64,000 bases of DNA from Bacteroidota bacterium (GTDB lineage: Bacteria; Bacteroidota; Bacteroidia; Bacteroidales; JACABE01): contig JBAXNW010000012.1 of NCBI GenBank assembly GCA_037133555.1, forward strand, positions 4,906 through 68,905, written 5' to 3'. This document shows, one piece after another, positions 35,993-46,652 of the stretch (the stretch's first letter is position 1; each line of letters opens with the position of its first letter). A program made the position numbers and the translations under genes. The notes under the pieces are model-generated. The model saw only the letters and a list, made by a program, of their open reading frames with translations. It was not told the origin of the DNA and did not search any database.

Positions 35993-36555
35993 TACAGAGA
36001 GTTTGCGAATAAATACGCCTACTAATGTTTTTTCATAAACATAATGTCTATTTTATTTCCCCTTCATTCATTATAACTTGCGAAGTTTTTCACGAATCAC
36101 TACGAGTAAAAATACCCTAAATATTTTTTACTTATTGATTTTTTTGATGTAACTTTGTTAATTATTTAGTAGTAAACTTATTGATTTTAAAATTGTCATA
36201 AGAATAATATTCACGCAAACTTGGAAAGATTTTATTGGACGCATTTCCTGCCTGACGCTTACTAGACATCAATGAATTTTAAATACTTGTAATATTCAAG
36301 AAATATACTGAATATCAGTTTATTAATATCATTTTTGTAATATTTTATCAATAAAGTTTTTAATATATTGCATTGAAATTCAATTTGTTATATTTTTCCC
36401 ATGTTTAAAATTTTTACTTTTAAAAATTGTATATTTGAAAAAAATAGCAGCCACTTATAGATCCGGCATGTTTGCTATTTGATCAGCTTTGCCTAAAGTT
36501 GGAATAATAAATTCTTTAAAATAAAAATTTGAAAACAAAAAATTTGAAAACTGAT

Positions 36556-37911
36556 ATGAAAATAAGCCATCCATTTTTAAGTTATATTCTCTTTCTTTTA
36601 CTATTTAATTTCACTTATTGCTATTGTCAAAATCCTTTGATTTCACATATTTACGCTGCCGATCCATCTGCCCATGTTTGGCCGGGTGATACGAATAAAT
36701 TATGGCTTTACACATCTCATGATGTTCCAGGGACCAATCATCATGCTACTATGTCTGATTATCATGTCTTCTCAACTTCTGACATGAAAAACTGGACAGA
36801 TTATGGTCAGGTTTTATCGATAGACAATGTAGACTGGGGTATTAGTTATGCATGGGCATGTGATGCATGCTTTAGAAATGGGAAATATTATCTGATATTT
36901 TGTATGTTTGAAAAAGAAACTGGCTTAATGCGAACAGGTTTAGCTGTAAGCAATGTTCCACAGGGTCCATTTAGCAATATTGGTTTTGTAAAGGGGATTG
37001 ATTTAGGTCAGGATCCTGCTCTTTTTGTTGATGACGATAACATACCTTACCTATATTGGGGTGCTGGTGGACAATGTTTTGCTGCTCAATTGACCGATGA
37101 TTTGCTTTCAATAATTCCATCAACTAAAGTTGAATTGTCGGATCAGCTGTTTGAGCTATTTGAAGGTCCATGGGTGCACCAATATCAAGGGAAATATTAT
37201 CTTTCTTATCCTGGGCTTGCTGGTAAAAAATGGCCTGAAGAAATGTATTATGCCATTGCTGATAAGCCACTTGGGCCCTATAAATATAAAGGTAAATACA
37301 TTCCCAAATTTAAAATGCAATCGGGTACTAACCATGGATCCATCGTAAAATATAAAAATAATTGGATTGCTTTTTATCACAGTGCTTGGCTGTCTGATGG
37401 TATGAGCGAAGTGCGCAACCTCATGGCTGACTATTTGTACTACAATTCAGATGGCACAATTAAGACGATTCTTCCTGATTCCTCTGGCTTGACAAAAGGA
37501 GAATCAACGAATTGTATAATCTTTTTGGAAGCCGAAAATGGCAAGTCTGCTGGTGGACGACTTGAAGGAACACATCAGGAATCAAGCCATAAAGGCTATT
37601 CTGGGAAAGGCTATGTTACAGGCTTCCTTCGTCGTAACTATGTTGAAGTATTGGTGCAAGTTGCTAAAAATATGAAAGCAAATTTAAAAATAAGGCTTTC
37701 GGCTGATAAAGATATTGCGGCAGATATATTAGTGGGCGCTAAAATGATGGCAGACTGGGATGGTTTAAAATTACATAGCACAAACGGCTGGGAGGAAATT
37801 AATTTAGGGGAAGTGCAACTGAAAGAAGGCGATAATAAAATCCGTTTTTCTACGCACGACAATCATGACCTTGAAATAGACTACTTCATTATTGAACCGC
37901 TAAATAAATAA
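36556..37911 (+). CDS. glycoside hydrolase family 43 with a C-terminal CBM6/35-like module
   Basis: NPLISHIYAADPSAHVWPGDTNKLWLYTSHD is a GH43-type N-terminal blade. The C-terminal ~130 aa (IIFLEAENGKSAGGRLE...GYSGKGYVTGF...) look like a carbohydrate-binding module. The start was set at the first ATG (MKISHPFL...); the track used TTG 36529. Confidence 0.75.
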   Translation: MKISHPFLSYILFLLLFNFTYCYCQNPLISHIYAADPSAHVWPGDTNKLWLYTSHDVPGTNHHATMSDYHVFSTSDMKNWTDYGQVLSIDNVDWGISYAWACDACFRNGKYYLIFCMFEKETGLMRTGLAVSNVPQGPFSNIGFVKGIDLGQDPALFVDDDNIPYLYWGAGGQCFAAQLTDDLLSIIPSTKVELSDQLFELFEGPWVHQYQGKYYLSYPGLAGKKWPEEMYYAIADKPLGPYKYKGKYIPKFKMQSGTNHGSIVKYKNNWIAFYHSAWLSDGMSEVRNLMADYLYYNSDGTIKTILPDSSGLTKGESTNCIIFLEAENGKSAGGRLEGTHQESSHKGYSGKGYVTGFLRRNYVEVLVQVAKNMKANLKIRLSADKDIAADILVGAKMMADWDGLKLHSTNGWEEINLGEVQLKEGDNKIRFSTHDNHDLEIDYFIIEPLNK

Positions 37912-37989
37912 TGGATAGCTAAATTATTTGCTTAATTTTAAAATTCCACAACTTTTGAGACAGCTCCCAGATTCTCCTTAATTTTGCAT

Positions 37990-38021
37990 AAAAAAAAAGA
38001 GCTTACTTAATGTAAACTCTT
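37990..38021 (-). terminator. rho-independent terminator after the tRNA cluster
   Basis: The stem aagagcttac (37998-38007) / gtaaactctt (38012-38021) has one mismatch. It is followed on the minus strand by a T9 run and lies immediately 3' of tRNA-Arg. Confidence 0.55.
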
Positions 38022-38025
38022 TAAG

Positions 38026-38099
38026 TGACCCCGACTGGATTCGAACCAGTGGCCCACAGCTTAGAAGGCTGTTGCTCTATCCAACTGAGCTACGGGGCC
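38026..38099 (-). tRNA. tRNA-Arg (anticodon TCT)
   Basis: Hand-folded cloverleaf: acceptor GGCCCCG/CGGGGTC, D arm GCTC..GAGC, anticodon stem ACAGC/GCTGT with loop CTTCTAA, and T arm ACTGG-TTCGAAT-CCAGT. It is 74 nt with no encoded CCA. Confidence 0.9.
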
Positions 38100-38228
38100 A
38101 TTTTGTGAAAAAAAAAAGGAACTTTAAGTTCCTGTTTTAATTTTTTGTTGTTCGGTTGGCAGAATTTCTAGTCTGCAACCTTCCCGATTCAAAAATCGGG
38201 ACGCAATATGCACCAAAACAACTTATTG

Positions 38229-38303
38229 TCGGGGTGGCAGGATTCGAACCTGCGACCTCCTGCTCCCAAAGCAGGCGCGATAGCCGGGCTACGCTACACC
38301 CCG
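38229..38303 (-). tRNA. tRNA-Pro (anticodon TGG)
   Basis: Acceptor CGGGGTG/CACCCCG, anticodon stem CCTGC/GCAGG with loop TTTGGGA, and T arm GCAGG-TTCGAAT-CCTGC. Confidence 0.9.
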
Positions 38304-38319
38304 ATAATTAAAGAACTTT

Positions 38320-38409
<90 letters not shown>

Positions 38410-38492
38410 AATGGGCATTTTCTTTGAGAGAACTTTCTCTACAGTTTAGATTGCCTTCACTGTTTCCATTTCTTTTCTTTCGAAACGGATTG

Positions 38493-38500
38493 CAAAGATA
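38493..38500 (-). promoter_or_regulatory. candidate -7 box (TATCTTTG on the minus strand) for the tRNA cluster
   Basis: Exact TAnnTTTG 84 nt upstream of the tRNA-Ser 5' end. Confidence 0.35.
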
Positions 38501-38690
38501 CAAAAACATTTGTTTTCACAAAACAATATTGTCATTTTTAATTAAATAATATCAGTTTGTTCAAGCATTTGATTTGTTGGTACTTATGTTAAGTAAAGTG
38601 TGAAAAAGTGTGAAGAATGACATTATATCTAAATATCTGAGTTGGTTTTTTTGTAAAAAGATGAAAAAATTATTTAAAAATCCTTATTTC

Positions 38691-40049
38691 TTAGCTGAAA
38701 AAATTCACCAATTCATGAGAAACTAGGATTGTTTCAGTCCCAACATTCATGTCTTTAATTTTAAAAGCTTTGTTTTTCATCTCTTCTTCACCAACAATAA
38801 TGACAAATGGGATTTTCTTGGCATCGGCATACGAGAATTGTTTCTTTATTTTCGCAGCATCAGGATATACTTCTGTTGAAATCCCATGATCTCTTAATTG
38901 AGCTGCCATTTTAATACAATAATTTGCTTCATCTATGCCAAAGTTTATAAATAAAACCTTGGTGGCAGTTTGTACTTCTTTTGGAAAAAGATTCAATTCC
39001 AATAAAACATCATAAATACGGTCTGCACCAAAAGAAATCCCAACTCCCGACATATCAGACATACCAAAAACACCAGTTAAATCATCATAACGACCACCAC
39101 CACTTATGCTTCCCATTTGTGCATCCTTGGCTTTTATTTCAAAAATAGCACCTGTGTAGTAATTTAAACCACGTGCCAGGGTTAGATCGATTTCATATTC
39201 GGATGTAATTTCTTGTTTTTCGAGATATTCAAACAGGCTTTGTATTTCAGCAATACCTTGCATTCCTGTTTCTGAGTTTTGTAATAATTTGCTGATGATA
39301 CTTATTTTCTCAGTATTTGATCCTTGCATTTCAAGAATGGGCTGCAAGTCCTCTATCGCTTTTTTCGATAAGCCTTTTTCTTCTAGTTCTAAATTGACTT
39401 TCTCAATACCAATCTTATCCATTTTGTCAATGGCAATGGTAATGTCAATAATTTTATCTGGATGGCCCATTATTTCTGCTATCCCAGCCAAGATTTTCCG
39501 GTTGTTGATTTTAATTACAACATCCAATCCCAGTTTTGAAAAAATTGTATCCGAAACTTTCACCAGTTCAGCTTCGTTCAGTAGAGAGTTGCTACCGATA
39601 ACATCTACATCGCATTGATAAAATTCACGATACCTGCCTTTCTGAGGCTTGTCGGCTCTCCAAACCGGCTGGATCTGGTAACGTTTAAATGGGAAACAGA
39701 GTTCGTTACGATTCATCACAACATATCTAGCAAAGGGAACAGTTAAGTCGTATCGCAATCCTTTCTCAGCAATCAGAGGGGTAAGTTTTTTATGATCTGA
39801 TAAATTTTCAGATGTAAGCTTTTCAGAATAATTACCTGAGTTCAATACTTTAAACAATAATCTATCGCCTTCTTCTCCGTATTTGCCGGTTAATGTTGAC
39901 AGGTTTTCCATTGTTGGTGTTTCTATGGGTTGATAACCATATAGTTGAAAAACAGAGCGAATGCTGTCGAAGATATAATTGCGCCTAATCATTTCGATAG
40001 GACCGAAATCACGCATTCCTCTTGGTATAGTGGGTTTCTGAACTGCCAT
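38691..40049 (-). CDS. hisS: histidine--tRNA ligase
   Basis: 452 aa with PRGMRDF, class II motifs (...[27 protein letters not shown]...; ..GGGRYD.L) and a C-terminal anticodon-binding domain. Confidence 0.95.
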   Translation of the reverse strand: MAVQKPTIPRGMRDFGPIEMIRRNYIFDSIRSVFQLYGYQPIETPTMENLSTLTGKYGEEGDRLLFKVLNSGNYSEKLTSENLSDHKKLTPLIAEKGLRYDLTVPFARYVVMNRNELCFPFKRYQIQPVWRADKPQKGRYREFYQCDVDVIGSNSLLNEAELVKVSDTIFSKLGLDVVIKINNRKILAGIAEIMGHPDKIIDITIAIDKMDKIGIEKVNLELEEKGLSKKAIEDLQPILEMQGSNTEKISIISKLLQNSETGMQGIAEIQSLFEYLEKQEITSEYEIDLTLARGLNYYTGAIFEIKAKDAQMGSISGGGRYDDLTGVFGMSDMSGVGISFGADRIYDVLLELNLFPKEVQTATKVLFINFGIDEANYCIKMAAQLRDHGISTEVYPDAAKIKKQFSYADAKKIPFVIIVGEEEMKNKAFKIKDMNVGTETILVSHELVNFFS

Positions 40050-40129
40050 TGTAAGAGTTTAGTTTATAAAGCTAAGTAAATATTTCCCGAAAACAAAATA
40101 GGCTGGGATTTGTAAATTTAAAGTTTTTG

Positions 40130-40137
40130 CAAAATTA
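40130..40137 (-). promoter_or_regulatory. candidate -7 box (TAATTTTG on the minus strand) for hisS
   Basis: Exact TAnnTTTG 81 nt upstream of the hisS ATG, next to the stop codon of the upstream cupin gene. Confidence 0.35.
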
Positions 40138-40139
40138 CA

Positions 40140-40625
40140 TTAAAAACTTTGAATTTGAAGCTGCAATTTTTCAAGTAAGTTGTCAATATAGGCTTTGCAT
40201 AAGGGGTCACCTTCTTTAGGAGCCCAGTCTGCGAAATTTTTATCATCTGAAACAGCATAGGGACCGTCTTTGAATTCGTAAGCTACTGAAGATTTTTTGA
40301 GCGAGAGTATGGTATGCCAGGTTTTTTCAGGGATTTCAACAGCAAAATTACCTTGCTCCGCATCTAAAATGATATGATCCAATACATTGCCAGCATCATC
40401 AAATTCTACCACCAGCATTTTGCCTTTTAAAACAAAGAAAACCTCCCGTTTATCAGGATTCTCATGTTTATGGGGCTGAATATAGGAATAAGGTTCTATG
40501 GCATTGATGAATCGTTGTAAACAATCTGCATCGTTATGGTGGAAATTATAATTCAATCTTTTTCGATTGCTTTGTTGAGCATTATAGGAAATGACATTCA
40601 ATAATGCAGCATCAATTTTAATCAT
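40140..40625 (-). CDS. cupin-fold metalloprotein (WbuC-like)
   Basis: 161 aa with ...YIQPHKHENPDKREVFFVLKGKMLVVEFDD.G...: a cupin His cluster and beta-barrel pattern resembling the WbuC family. Confidence 0.55.
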   Translation of the reverse strand: MIKIDAALLNVISYNAQQSNRKRLNYNFHHNDADCLQRFINAIEPYSYIQPHKHENPDKREVFFVLKGKMLVVEFDDAGNVLDHIILDAEQGNFAVEIPEKTWHTILSLKKSSVAYEFKDGPYAVSDDKNFADWAPKEGDPLCKAYIDNLLEKLQLQIQSF

Positions 40626-40627
40626 AT

Positions 40628-41107
40628 TTAAGCTTGCTGAATTAATGCAACAGCGTATGCCGATACGCCTTCTTCTCTACCTTCAAAACCTAGTTTTTCG
40701 GTAGTAGTAGCCTTAATAGATATGTCATCCGTATCAATGTTCAGGACTTCGGCGAGTGTGCTCAGCATCTCAGGTATAAAAGGAGCAATTTTGGGTTGCT
40801 GCAGACAAATCGTACAATCTATGTTTGAAATAGTAAAACCTTTTGTTGCGATTAAGTCCAGACAGCGTTTTAATAAAATTTTACTATCGATTCCTTTGAA
40901 TTCGGAAGATGAATCTGAAAAATGAAAACCGATATCCCGCATATTGGCAGCACCTAGCAAAGCATCACAAATAGCGTGTATCAAAACATCTGCATCTGAA
41001 TGTCCGACAGCTCCCTTTAAATGAGGAATTTCGATGCCCCCCATCCAAAAAGGCAGCCCTAATTGTAACTGGTGAACATCGAAACCAAAGCCTACCCGAA
41101 TTTTCAT
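40628..41107 (-). CDS. ispF: 2-C-methyl-D-erythritol 2,4-cyclodiphosphate synthase
   Basis: 159 aa with RVGFGFDVH.L......LGGI.IPH..G..GHSDADVL.HA..DALLGA. Confidence 0.9.
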   Translation of the reverse strand: MKIRVGFGFDVHQLQLGLPFWMGGIEIPHLKGAVGHSDADVLIHAICDALLGAANMRDIGFHFSDSSSEFKGIDSKILLKRCLDLIATKGFTISNIDCTICLQQPKIAPFIPEMLSTLAEVLNIDTDDISIKATTTEKLGFEGREEGVSAYAVALIQQA

Positions 41108-42343
41108 CTATTGAGTTAATTTGTTTTGATCATTAAAAGCGTCAAAATCAAATGTGAGTGTAAATCTTAATGTGTTTCCTAATGGATTTCGTTGTTCGGT
41201 AGGAATTAAATAAGCAAAATCCAGACCAAACACATTGTAGCGCAATCCAGCACCCAATGTAAAGTATTGTCTGTTTCCCTTTAGCATACTTTCGTGAAAA
41301 TAGCCACCCCGAATTGCAAATTGATTATCGTACCAGTATTCTGCACCTATAGAATAGGTTATTTCTTTTATTTCTTCAGTAAAACCATTCGGTGCATCAC
41401 CAAATGATTGAAATAATCCAGTAACAATACCAACATTGGGGTCTTTACCTGCAGCAATCTGACGAATCCCGTTTAAAATACTATCTCCGTTACCTGTACT
41501 ATTGGGTAAATAAATAGGTGGAGTTGGTACTAAAAGTTTATTGAAATCTACCATTACTGAAAGTTTGTTGAAATCGTCAATATTAAGTGTAAAACAAGTT
41601 CCTAATCGAAGATTGGTTGGAATAAAATCTCTTTCGGTTGTTGTTGTATAGGAAATTTTAGCTCCTAAATTAGAAATGTTTGCTCCAAAGGCCATTGTTC
41701 CTTTTAGGTTTCGGCCAAAACGAATTGGTTTTTGATAATAAAAAGCAACATCAGCTGCAACTGATTGTCCGGCATGAGATTCCTGACCACCAACAGTTTG
41801 ACCTTGTGTAAGATTTGAATTGATATACCTGGCTGCAATAGCTCCTGAAAATACATCTGACAATTTGCGTGAATAAGTAACATCCAACGCAAATTCACTG
41901 GGTCTGAAATTTCCTAATGAATTTCCAATAGCATCAGTAAAAGTAATATCTCCCAAAGAGAAGTACAACAATGAAGCACCTATTGTACTCATTTTGTCAA
42001 TTCTTTTGTATCCTGACAAATAAGCTAAATTTATATCATTTACCAATTCTCTAAGCCAAGGACTGTAAGAAACAGAAATCCCCATATCTTTTTCGATAAA
42101 AGCATATTTTGCTGGATTCCAATGCATAGAACTGGCATCGGGTGTAGAAGCTACTCCTGCATCACCCATTGCTCCTGCACGTCCATCAGGTGCTATCATT
42201 AAAAATGGTACAGCAGTGGTTATTACTCTGTTACCGGTTAATAATTCCTGACCCAACCATTGGTTGGTGTTTTGAGCATTAATGTTTGTAAATAGGGCAA
42301 TTAAAACGATTGCCATCCATATTTTCTCGATTTTTAATTTCAT
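41108..42343 (-). CDS. porV: T9SS outer-membrane channel protein PorV (LptO)
   Basis: 411 aa with ...ITTAVPFLMIAPDGRAGAMGDAGVASTPDASSMHWNPAKYAF..., a beta-barrel pattern and a position immediately downstream of porU. Confidence 0.85.
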   Translation of the reverse strand: MKLKIEKIWMAIVLIALFTNINAQNTNQWLGQELLTGNRVITTAVPFLMIAPDGRAGAMGDAGVASTPDASSMHWNPAKYAFIEKDMGISVSYSPWLRELVNDINLAYLSGYKRIDKMSTIGASLLYFSLGDITFTDAIGNSLGNFRPSEFALDVTYSRKLSDVFSGAIAARYINSNLTQGQTVGGQESHAGQSVAADVAFYYQKPIRFGRNLKGTMAFGANISNLGAKISYTTTTERDFIPTNLRLGTCFTLNIDDFNKLSVMVDFNKLLVPTPPIYLPNSTGNGDSILNGIRQIAAGKDPNVGIVTGLFQSFGDAPNGFTEEIKEITYSIGAEYWYDNQFAIRGGYFHESMLKGNRQYFTLGAGLRYNVFGLDFAYLIPTEQRNPLGNTLRFTLTFDFDAFNDQNKLTQ

Positions 42344-42371
42344 AAATTCATTCTAAAAATAAAATAGTGTG

Positions 42372-42379
42372 CAAAGATA
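42372..42379 (-). promoter_or_regulatory. candidate -7 box (TATCTTTG on the minus strand) for porV
   Basis: Exact TAnnTTTG 29 nt upstream of the porV ATG, in the 60-nt porU-porV spacer. Confidence 0.4.
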
Positions 42380-42403
42380 ACGATTTATTGTAAAATATAT
42401 TGT

Positions 42404-45400
42404 TTAGCGTAAAAAAACTAATTTATCTGTTTTTACTGCCTGCATACCTAAAGGGTTAGTTGCTGTGATTCTGTATATGTAAAGTCCTTTTTCAATTTTT
42501 GCTCCTATTTCAGAAGTTCCGTCCCATTCTATTGGATCAATTTTAAAAGAAATTGTATTAATAAGGCTATTAATCGTTTTAATAAATTTTCCTTTGATGT
42601 CGAAAATTTGTATCTGAACTTTTAGGTCTGTATTGGCTTGATTGTGTTCGAATACGAAATAGGTTTTATCGAAAAACGGATTCGGGAAATTCAGAAGATT
42701 TGTTAAAGCAATCTGAGATGATTGAGCTACTATAAATTCTGTATAGCCTTCGGCCGAATTATTAAAGACATCCCATCCCTTTACTTTTATAGAATGTAAG
42801 CCATCTGTTAATCCTGTAAAAGGATAATATACCTTGCCTTTATCAAATCTGTTTAAATCTGAAATGTAAAAATCGTTTAAAATAATAGGATTTTCAGTTT
42901 TCCCATCCAAATAGGCAACAATGTCATGTCCGATACCGTTCCCGACTGTATTGATACCATTGGGATCACTTATCAGTGCTAATAGCATAGGGTTTTGATC
43001 GGTGATTCCTTTAAATACAAAATTGCTGTCATTCATAAACAGTCTTATCTCAGGACCTTTGTCATCTGGAATAACTATATTGCTAATTCCACCAACAATA
43101 ACGTTTTTATAAAACCCATTGGCATCACTGCTGTCATTTTTAGCATAATAGCTTATTTTACCATAACCATAATTATAGGCAATATCCTTAGGAACTATAA
43201 ATGAAAATTCAAAATCACCATTAACAATACTTGATTTTCCTTTATATAAAATAGCTTTTGGGAGATCAAAGTTAACTGGGTTGCTGTCAGGGTCATTGCC
43301 CAATGAAGTGACAATTAATGGTTTGTCGAAAATTGTCGGATAAATTACACCGTTATAGTTTGATATTTTATGCATGGCATCATCTGTAATCATACCTTTA
43401 ATCGTAATTTCTGCCATTGCCTGTATGGTATCATTTGTAATTCCTACAGGAATTCCGTTCACTTCGGTTGTAACTACATTGTACTGAGGGTAAGAAAGTT
43501 TTAATGCAGGATCGCCCAATAATACAAAGTTTTTAATATATGAATTGTTTCCTTCATCATTCTTAGAACCTCTTAATAAGTCTCCTAAAGATTGATACTT
43601 ACCATTAACTTTATTAAATACTCTTTTTAAAAAACTTGCATTCAGATCTTCGTTTATTGCATTATAAGTTACTCTGGATGTAGTCATTAATGCTATTCCT
43701 CCTCCTTGAGGTGTCAATAATACCAATTCACCGGCGGAAGTGCGTTCAGGGTCATCAAAACGGCTAAATTCACAGGTTGCTGTAAAGAATAGGGGCATGT
43801 TATTCGTGTTTTTCCAATTCAATATATCTGTTATTTCCAAAACTCTTTCGTGTGCCCAACCTAATTCTCCACCATGACCTACATAATTCATGATCAATGC
43901 TCCTCTTTCAACACGCTGATTGATGGCTTTATTAACATCAGGATAACGAGCACCACCAGAATTTGAAATTTGAGTATAAGCATCTAAATAGATCTTGTCA
44001 ATATTGATGATAGGATTTCCTGTTTTTATAATATTAGATAATCTTTCGGATGTACTTAAATATGCATTATTATCTTGATCATCTGCTACAAAACAAACAC
44101 TGTTTCTCCAGTCATTATAATTTGAAACAATAGTTGGTGAATCAGACATTAAATCATTTTTACTCGTATATCTGACTATTTTATCAACTACATTCTTGGC
44201 TTCCAATAAAGTTTTAACAGGAAACCTTCCGATACCAATATCTATACTTTCATTCGCTGATGTCCCAGTTTCGTTGTTATCTAAGAAACCAAAATAATCA
44301 TCCGAAACATAAGAAGTTCCTCCGTCAAATGAATTCGTAGATTGATAAGTGACTATAAAATTTGTGTTATTGGTTTTTGATTTATTATTGTAAGAACCAT
44401 CCCCTAAAAGCAATAAATATCTAGGCATATCATTGCTGTCGGAAGCTCTGTCGTAAAACATCTTTAAAAAACTCCTAATGGCTATTGGATCTTGTAAGCC
44501 ACTCGAAAATTCATTATAAATTTGTTCAGGCGTAACAATGCTAACTTTAAGATTATTTAAGTTTCGGTGAAGAGTGGCAAGCCGCTTGGCTTGATCCATA
44601 AAAAGCGGATGCGATACAATAATATAATCTTGCTGAGCCATGCCGTGTAAATCCTGGTTGACAACAGGGCCTGCAAATTCAGGTTTTAAATAAGAAATAC
44701 CATTGAAAGCAATGAATTCTCTTAAAGTATCAGTAGCGACTTTAAATATTAGATTGCTGCCATTTAATGAAGTGATGATTGATTTTACATTTAAAGGATT
44801 ACTAACATCCCAGATTTTAACCGATGAATTGGCATTACCAAGATTAAACTGGCTAATGTTTCCAGCTCCAATACTCATTATATTTCTGAAACTAAGCTGA
44901 TCTCCATAAAAACGTAAGTGCCTGATTACATTTAATTCTAAATAGTTTAAATATCCATTGGAAGAGGTGAGGGGGTAATTATAAGTTATGTTTGCATTAA
45001 TCAGAGAAGTGGAATTGTTAAAACTAATATTATCAACGACATTTGTTGCCAGAAAATCAGTGTATGAACCGCTAACTACTGAGAAATTGTGCGTTTTTAT
45101 ATGTGAATTTACATTTACAATAAATTGACTAGTTAGTGTTGAACTTGAAAAAAGGCTATATTTTACAACAACATTAGAATCAGTATTAATATCGGGGAAG
45201 TTAAAAGAGAAGTTGAGTGAAGGAACTGTAGTATTGAATTTTTCGCCCAACCAAAGTTTCCCTGATTTTGCTAAGTTGAATAATTCGCTGTGGTGAAACG
45301 CATAATCATTGAAATTGTCTATTGTTTTAGTAGGTGCCGCTGTTGGTTCAGTAGCTGTCTGGATTCGCTTCTGATTACCTATGCCTGCTGTAGTCGTTAT

Positions 45401-46279
45401 ATAATAATAGGTATTGTCGTTGTAATAATTGATCTGATGTTCAAATAAATTATTGGAAGTATTCAAATTCCAGTTAACGCTTGATTGTCCATAAAAGAGA
45501 ATGTAGTCCGAAGGATCGAAATTGCCATCATTTCCATCTCCCATAAATATAGCCAATTCCTGTAAATCGTCGTTGCGGAATGCAGCATTGGATTCGGGTA
45601 GCATACCTGTTTTGTTTCCAAATATTGAAATTGCATTCGAATGAAGGTTGTTGACATCGAATCCCATTGTAATCAAATCGTTATAGGTGATTTTGTAAAT
45701 GCCTGTGCTGGAAACTGCAATTTTGTACCAATTTCCACTGGCTAAAACAGAATGGGATGCAAACGAAAAATTTGATGATTTTGAATGTAAAACAGTAAGT
45801 TGATTTGTTTTCAGTTCGTAGTTAAATGCAACTAATTTTTCGAGTTTTCCGGTTAAAGCATTTCGTTTAAAAGGATTTATTTTTAGTACAGCAAATGCTT
45901 TTTTACGATCCATAGTGATGGAAACCTCTTTCTGAAGCGATGAATTTGTAATCAAGACATCTTTTAAAAATAAAACTTCATTTTGAGGAAGTTCTTCAAA
46001 TATCATGTCCGATAATTCAAATTCTGGGTTTAAATTATTGTTTTCCAGTTCAATTCGCATGAAAAATAATGGCAGTAAGGGATTAGATGCATCATTTATT
46101 GCCCCGTCGAATACTAAAAAAGAATGGGATGTTTTTTCGTCAACTTTCTCTGTATGAATTCCCTGCCATTTAATTTCTTTCCAAACTTTGTTACCTTGGG
46201 CTTGGATTAAACAATTGAAAATTAATAAATTAAATAGTATGCAATAAATAGCTTTTTTCACAATTTCAAGTTTACTCAT
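42404..46279 (-). CDS. porU: T9SS C-terminal signal peptidase / sortase PorU (peptidase C25-like)
   Basis: About 1290 aa with a gingipain-like core (LLLLGDGSYN, ..YVGHGGELGWAHE) and its own CTD-like C-terminus (FPNPFFDKTYFVF...GLYIYRI). The start was placed at MSKLEIVKK (46279) because a -7 box sits 23 nt upstream; the track start was 46351. Confidence 0.85.
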   Translation of the reverse strand: MSKLEIVKKAIYCILFNLLIFNCLIQAQGNKVWKEIKWQGIHTEKVDEKTSHSFLVFDGAINDASNPLLPLFFMRIELENNNLNPEFELSDMIFEELPQNEVLFLKDVLITNSSLQKEVSITMDRKKAFAVLKINPFKRNALTGKLEKLVAFNYELKTNQLTVLHSKSSNFSFASHSVLASGNWYKIAVSSTGIYKITYNDLITMGFDVNNLHSNAISIFGNKTGMLPESNAAFRNDDLQELAIFMGDGNDGNFDPSDYILFYGQSSVNWNLNTSNNLFEHQINYYNDNTYYYITTTAGIGNQKRIQTATEPTAAPTKTIDNFNDYAFHHSELFNLAKSGKLWLGEKFNTTVPSLNFSFNFPDINTDSNVVVKYSLFSSSTLTSQFIVNVNSHIKTHNFSVVSGSYTDFLATNVVDNISFNNSTSLINANITYNYPLTSSNGYLNYLELNVIRHLRFYGDQLSFRNIMSIGAGNISQFNLGNANSSVKIWDVSNPLNVKSIITSLNGSNLIFKVATDTLREFIAFNGISYLKPEFAGPVVNQDLHGMAQQDYIIVSHPLFMDQAKRLATLHRNLNNLKVSIVTPEQIYNEFSSGLQDPIAIRSFLKMFYDRASDSNDMPRYLLLLGDGSYNNKSKTNNTNFIVTYQSTNSFDGGTSYVSDDYFGFLDNNETGTSANESIDIGIGRFPVKTLLEAKNVVDKIVRYTSKNDLMSDSPTIVSNYNDWRNSVCFVADDQDNNAYLSTSERLSNIIKTGNPIINIDKIYLDAYTQISNSGGARYPDVNKAINQRVERGALIMNYVGHGGELGWAHERVLEITDILNWKNTNNMPLFFTATCEFSRFDDPERTSAGELVLLTPQGGGIALMTTSRVTYNAINEDLNASFLKRVFNKVNGKYQSLGDLLRGSKNDEGNNSYIKNFVLLGDPALKLSYPQYNVVTTEVNGIPVGITNDTIQAMAEITIKGMITDDAMHKISNYNGVIYPTIFDKPLIVTSLGNDPDSNPVNFDLPKAILYKGKSSIVNGDFEFSFIVPKDIAYNYGYGKISYYAKNDSSDANGFYKNVIVGGISNIVIPDDKGPEIRLFMNDSNFVFKGITDQNPMLLALISDPNGINTVGNGIGHDIVAYLDGKTENPIILNDFYISDLNRFDKGKVYYPFTGLTDGLHSIKVKGWDVFNNSAEGYTEFIVAQSSQIALTNLLNFPNPFFDKTYFVFEHNQANTDLKVQIQIFDIKGKFIKTINSLINTISFKIDPIEWDGTSEIGAKIEKGLYIYRITATNPLGMQAVKTDKLVFLR

Positions 46280-46301
46280 CAATATAAACAATATATATAA
46301 A

Positions 46302-46309
46302 CAAAAGTA
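46302..46309 (-). promoter_or_regulatory. candidate -7 box (TACTTTTG on the minus strand) for porU
   Basis: Exact TAnnTTTG. It lies inside the track's N-terminal extension of porU. Confidence 0.4.
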
Positions 46310-46652
46310 ATAGAAAAATATTGCATAGTCCCCGAAAATATTTAAAAACATAGCTTAATATATTCAGAATATTGAGTATCTTTGTAAGGAATTTACATAA
46401 ATGCCTGGATAAAAATATGATTTCCTGATTTTACAGCTAATCTTTCAATTATTTTTATGGTGGATTAATTATTTTGTGAATTGATTGTAACAAAAACTAA
46501 CATAATAAGTATAAGAAAAATTGAACGTTTGTATGTTTTTATAAGCCAACATTCTTCCAAAATGGATTTGTTAAAAAAAAAAGTATAATTTGATTAAAAA
46601 AATAGTTTTAATTAAAAAATTATTTGTAATATTGTGTTCAAAATAATTCAAC

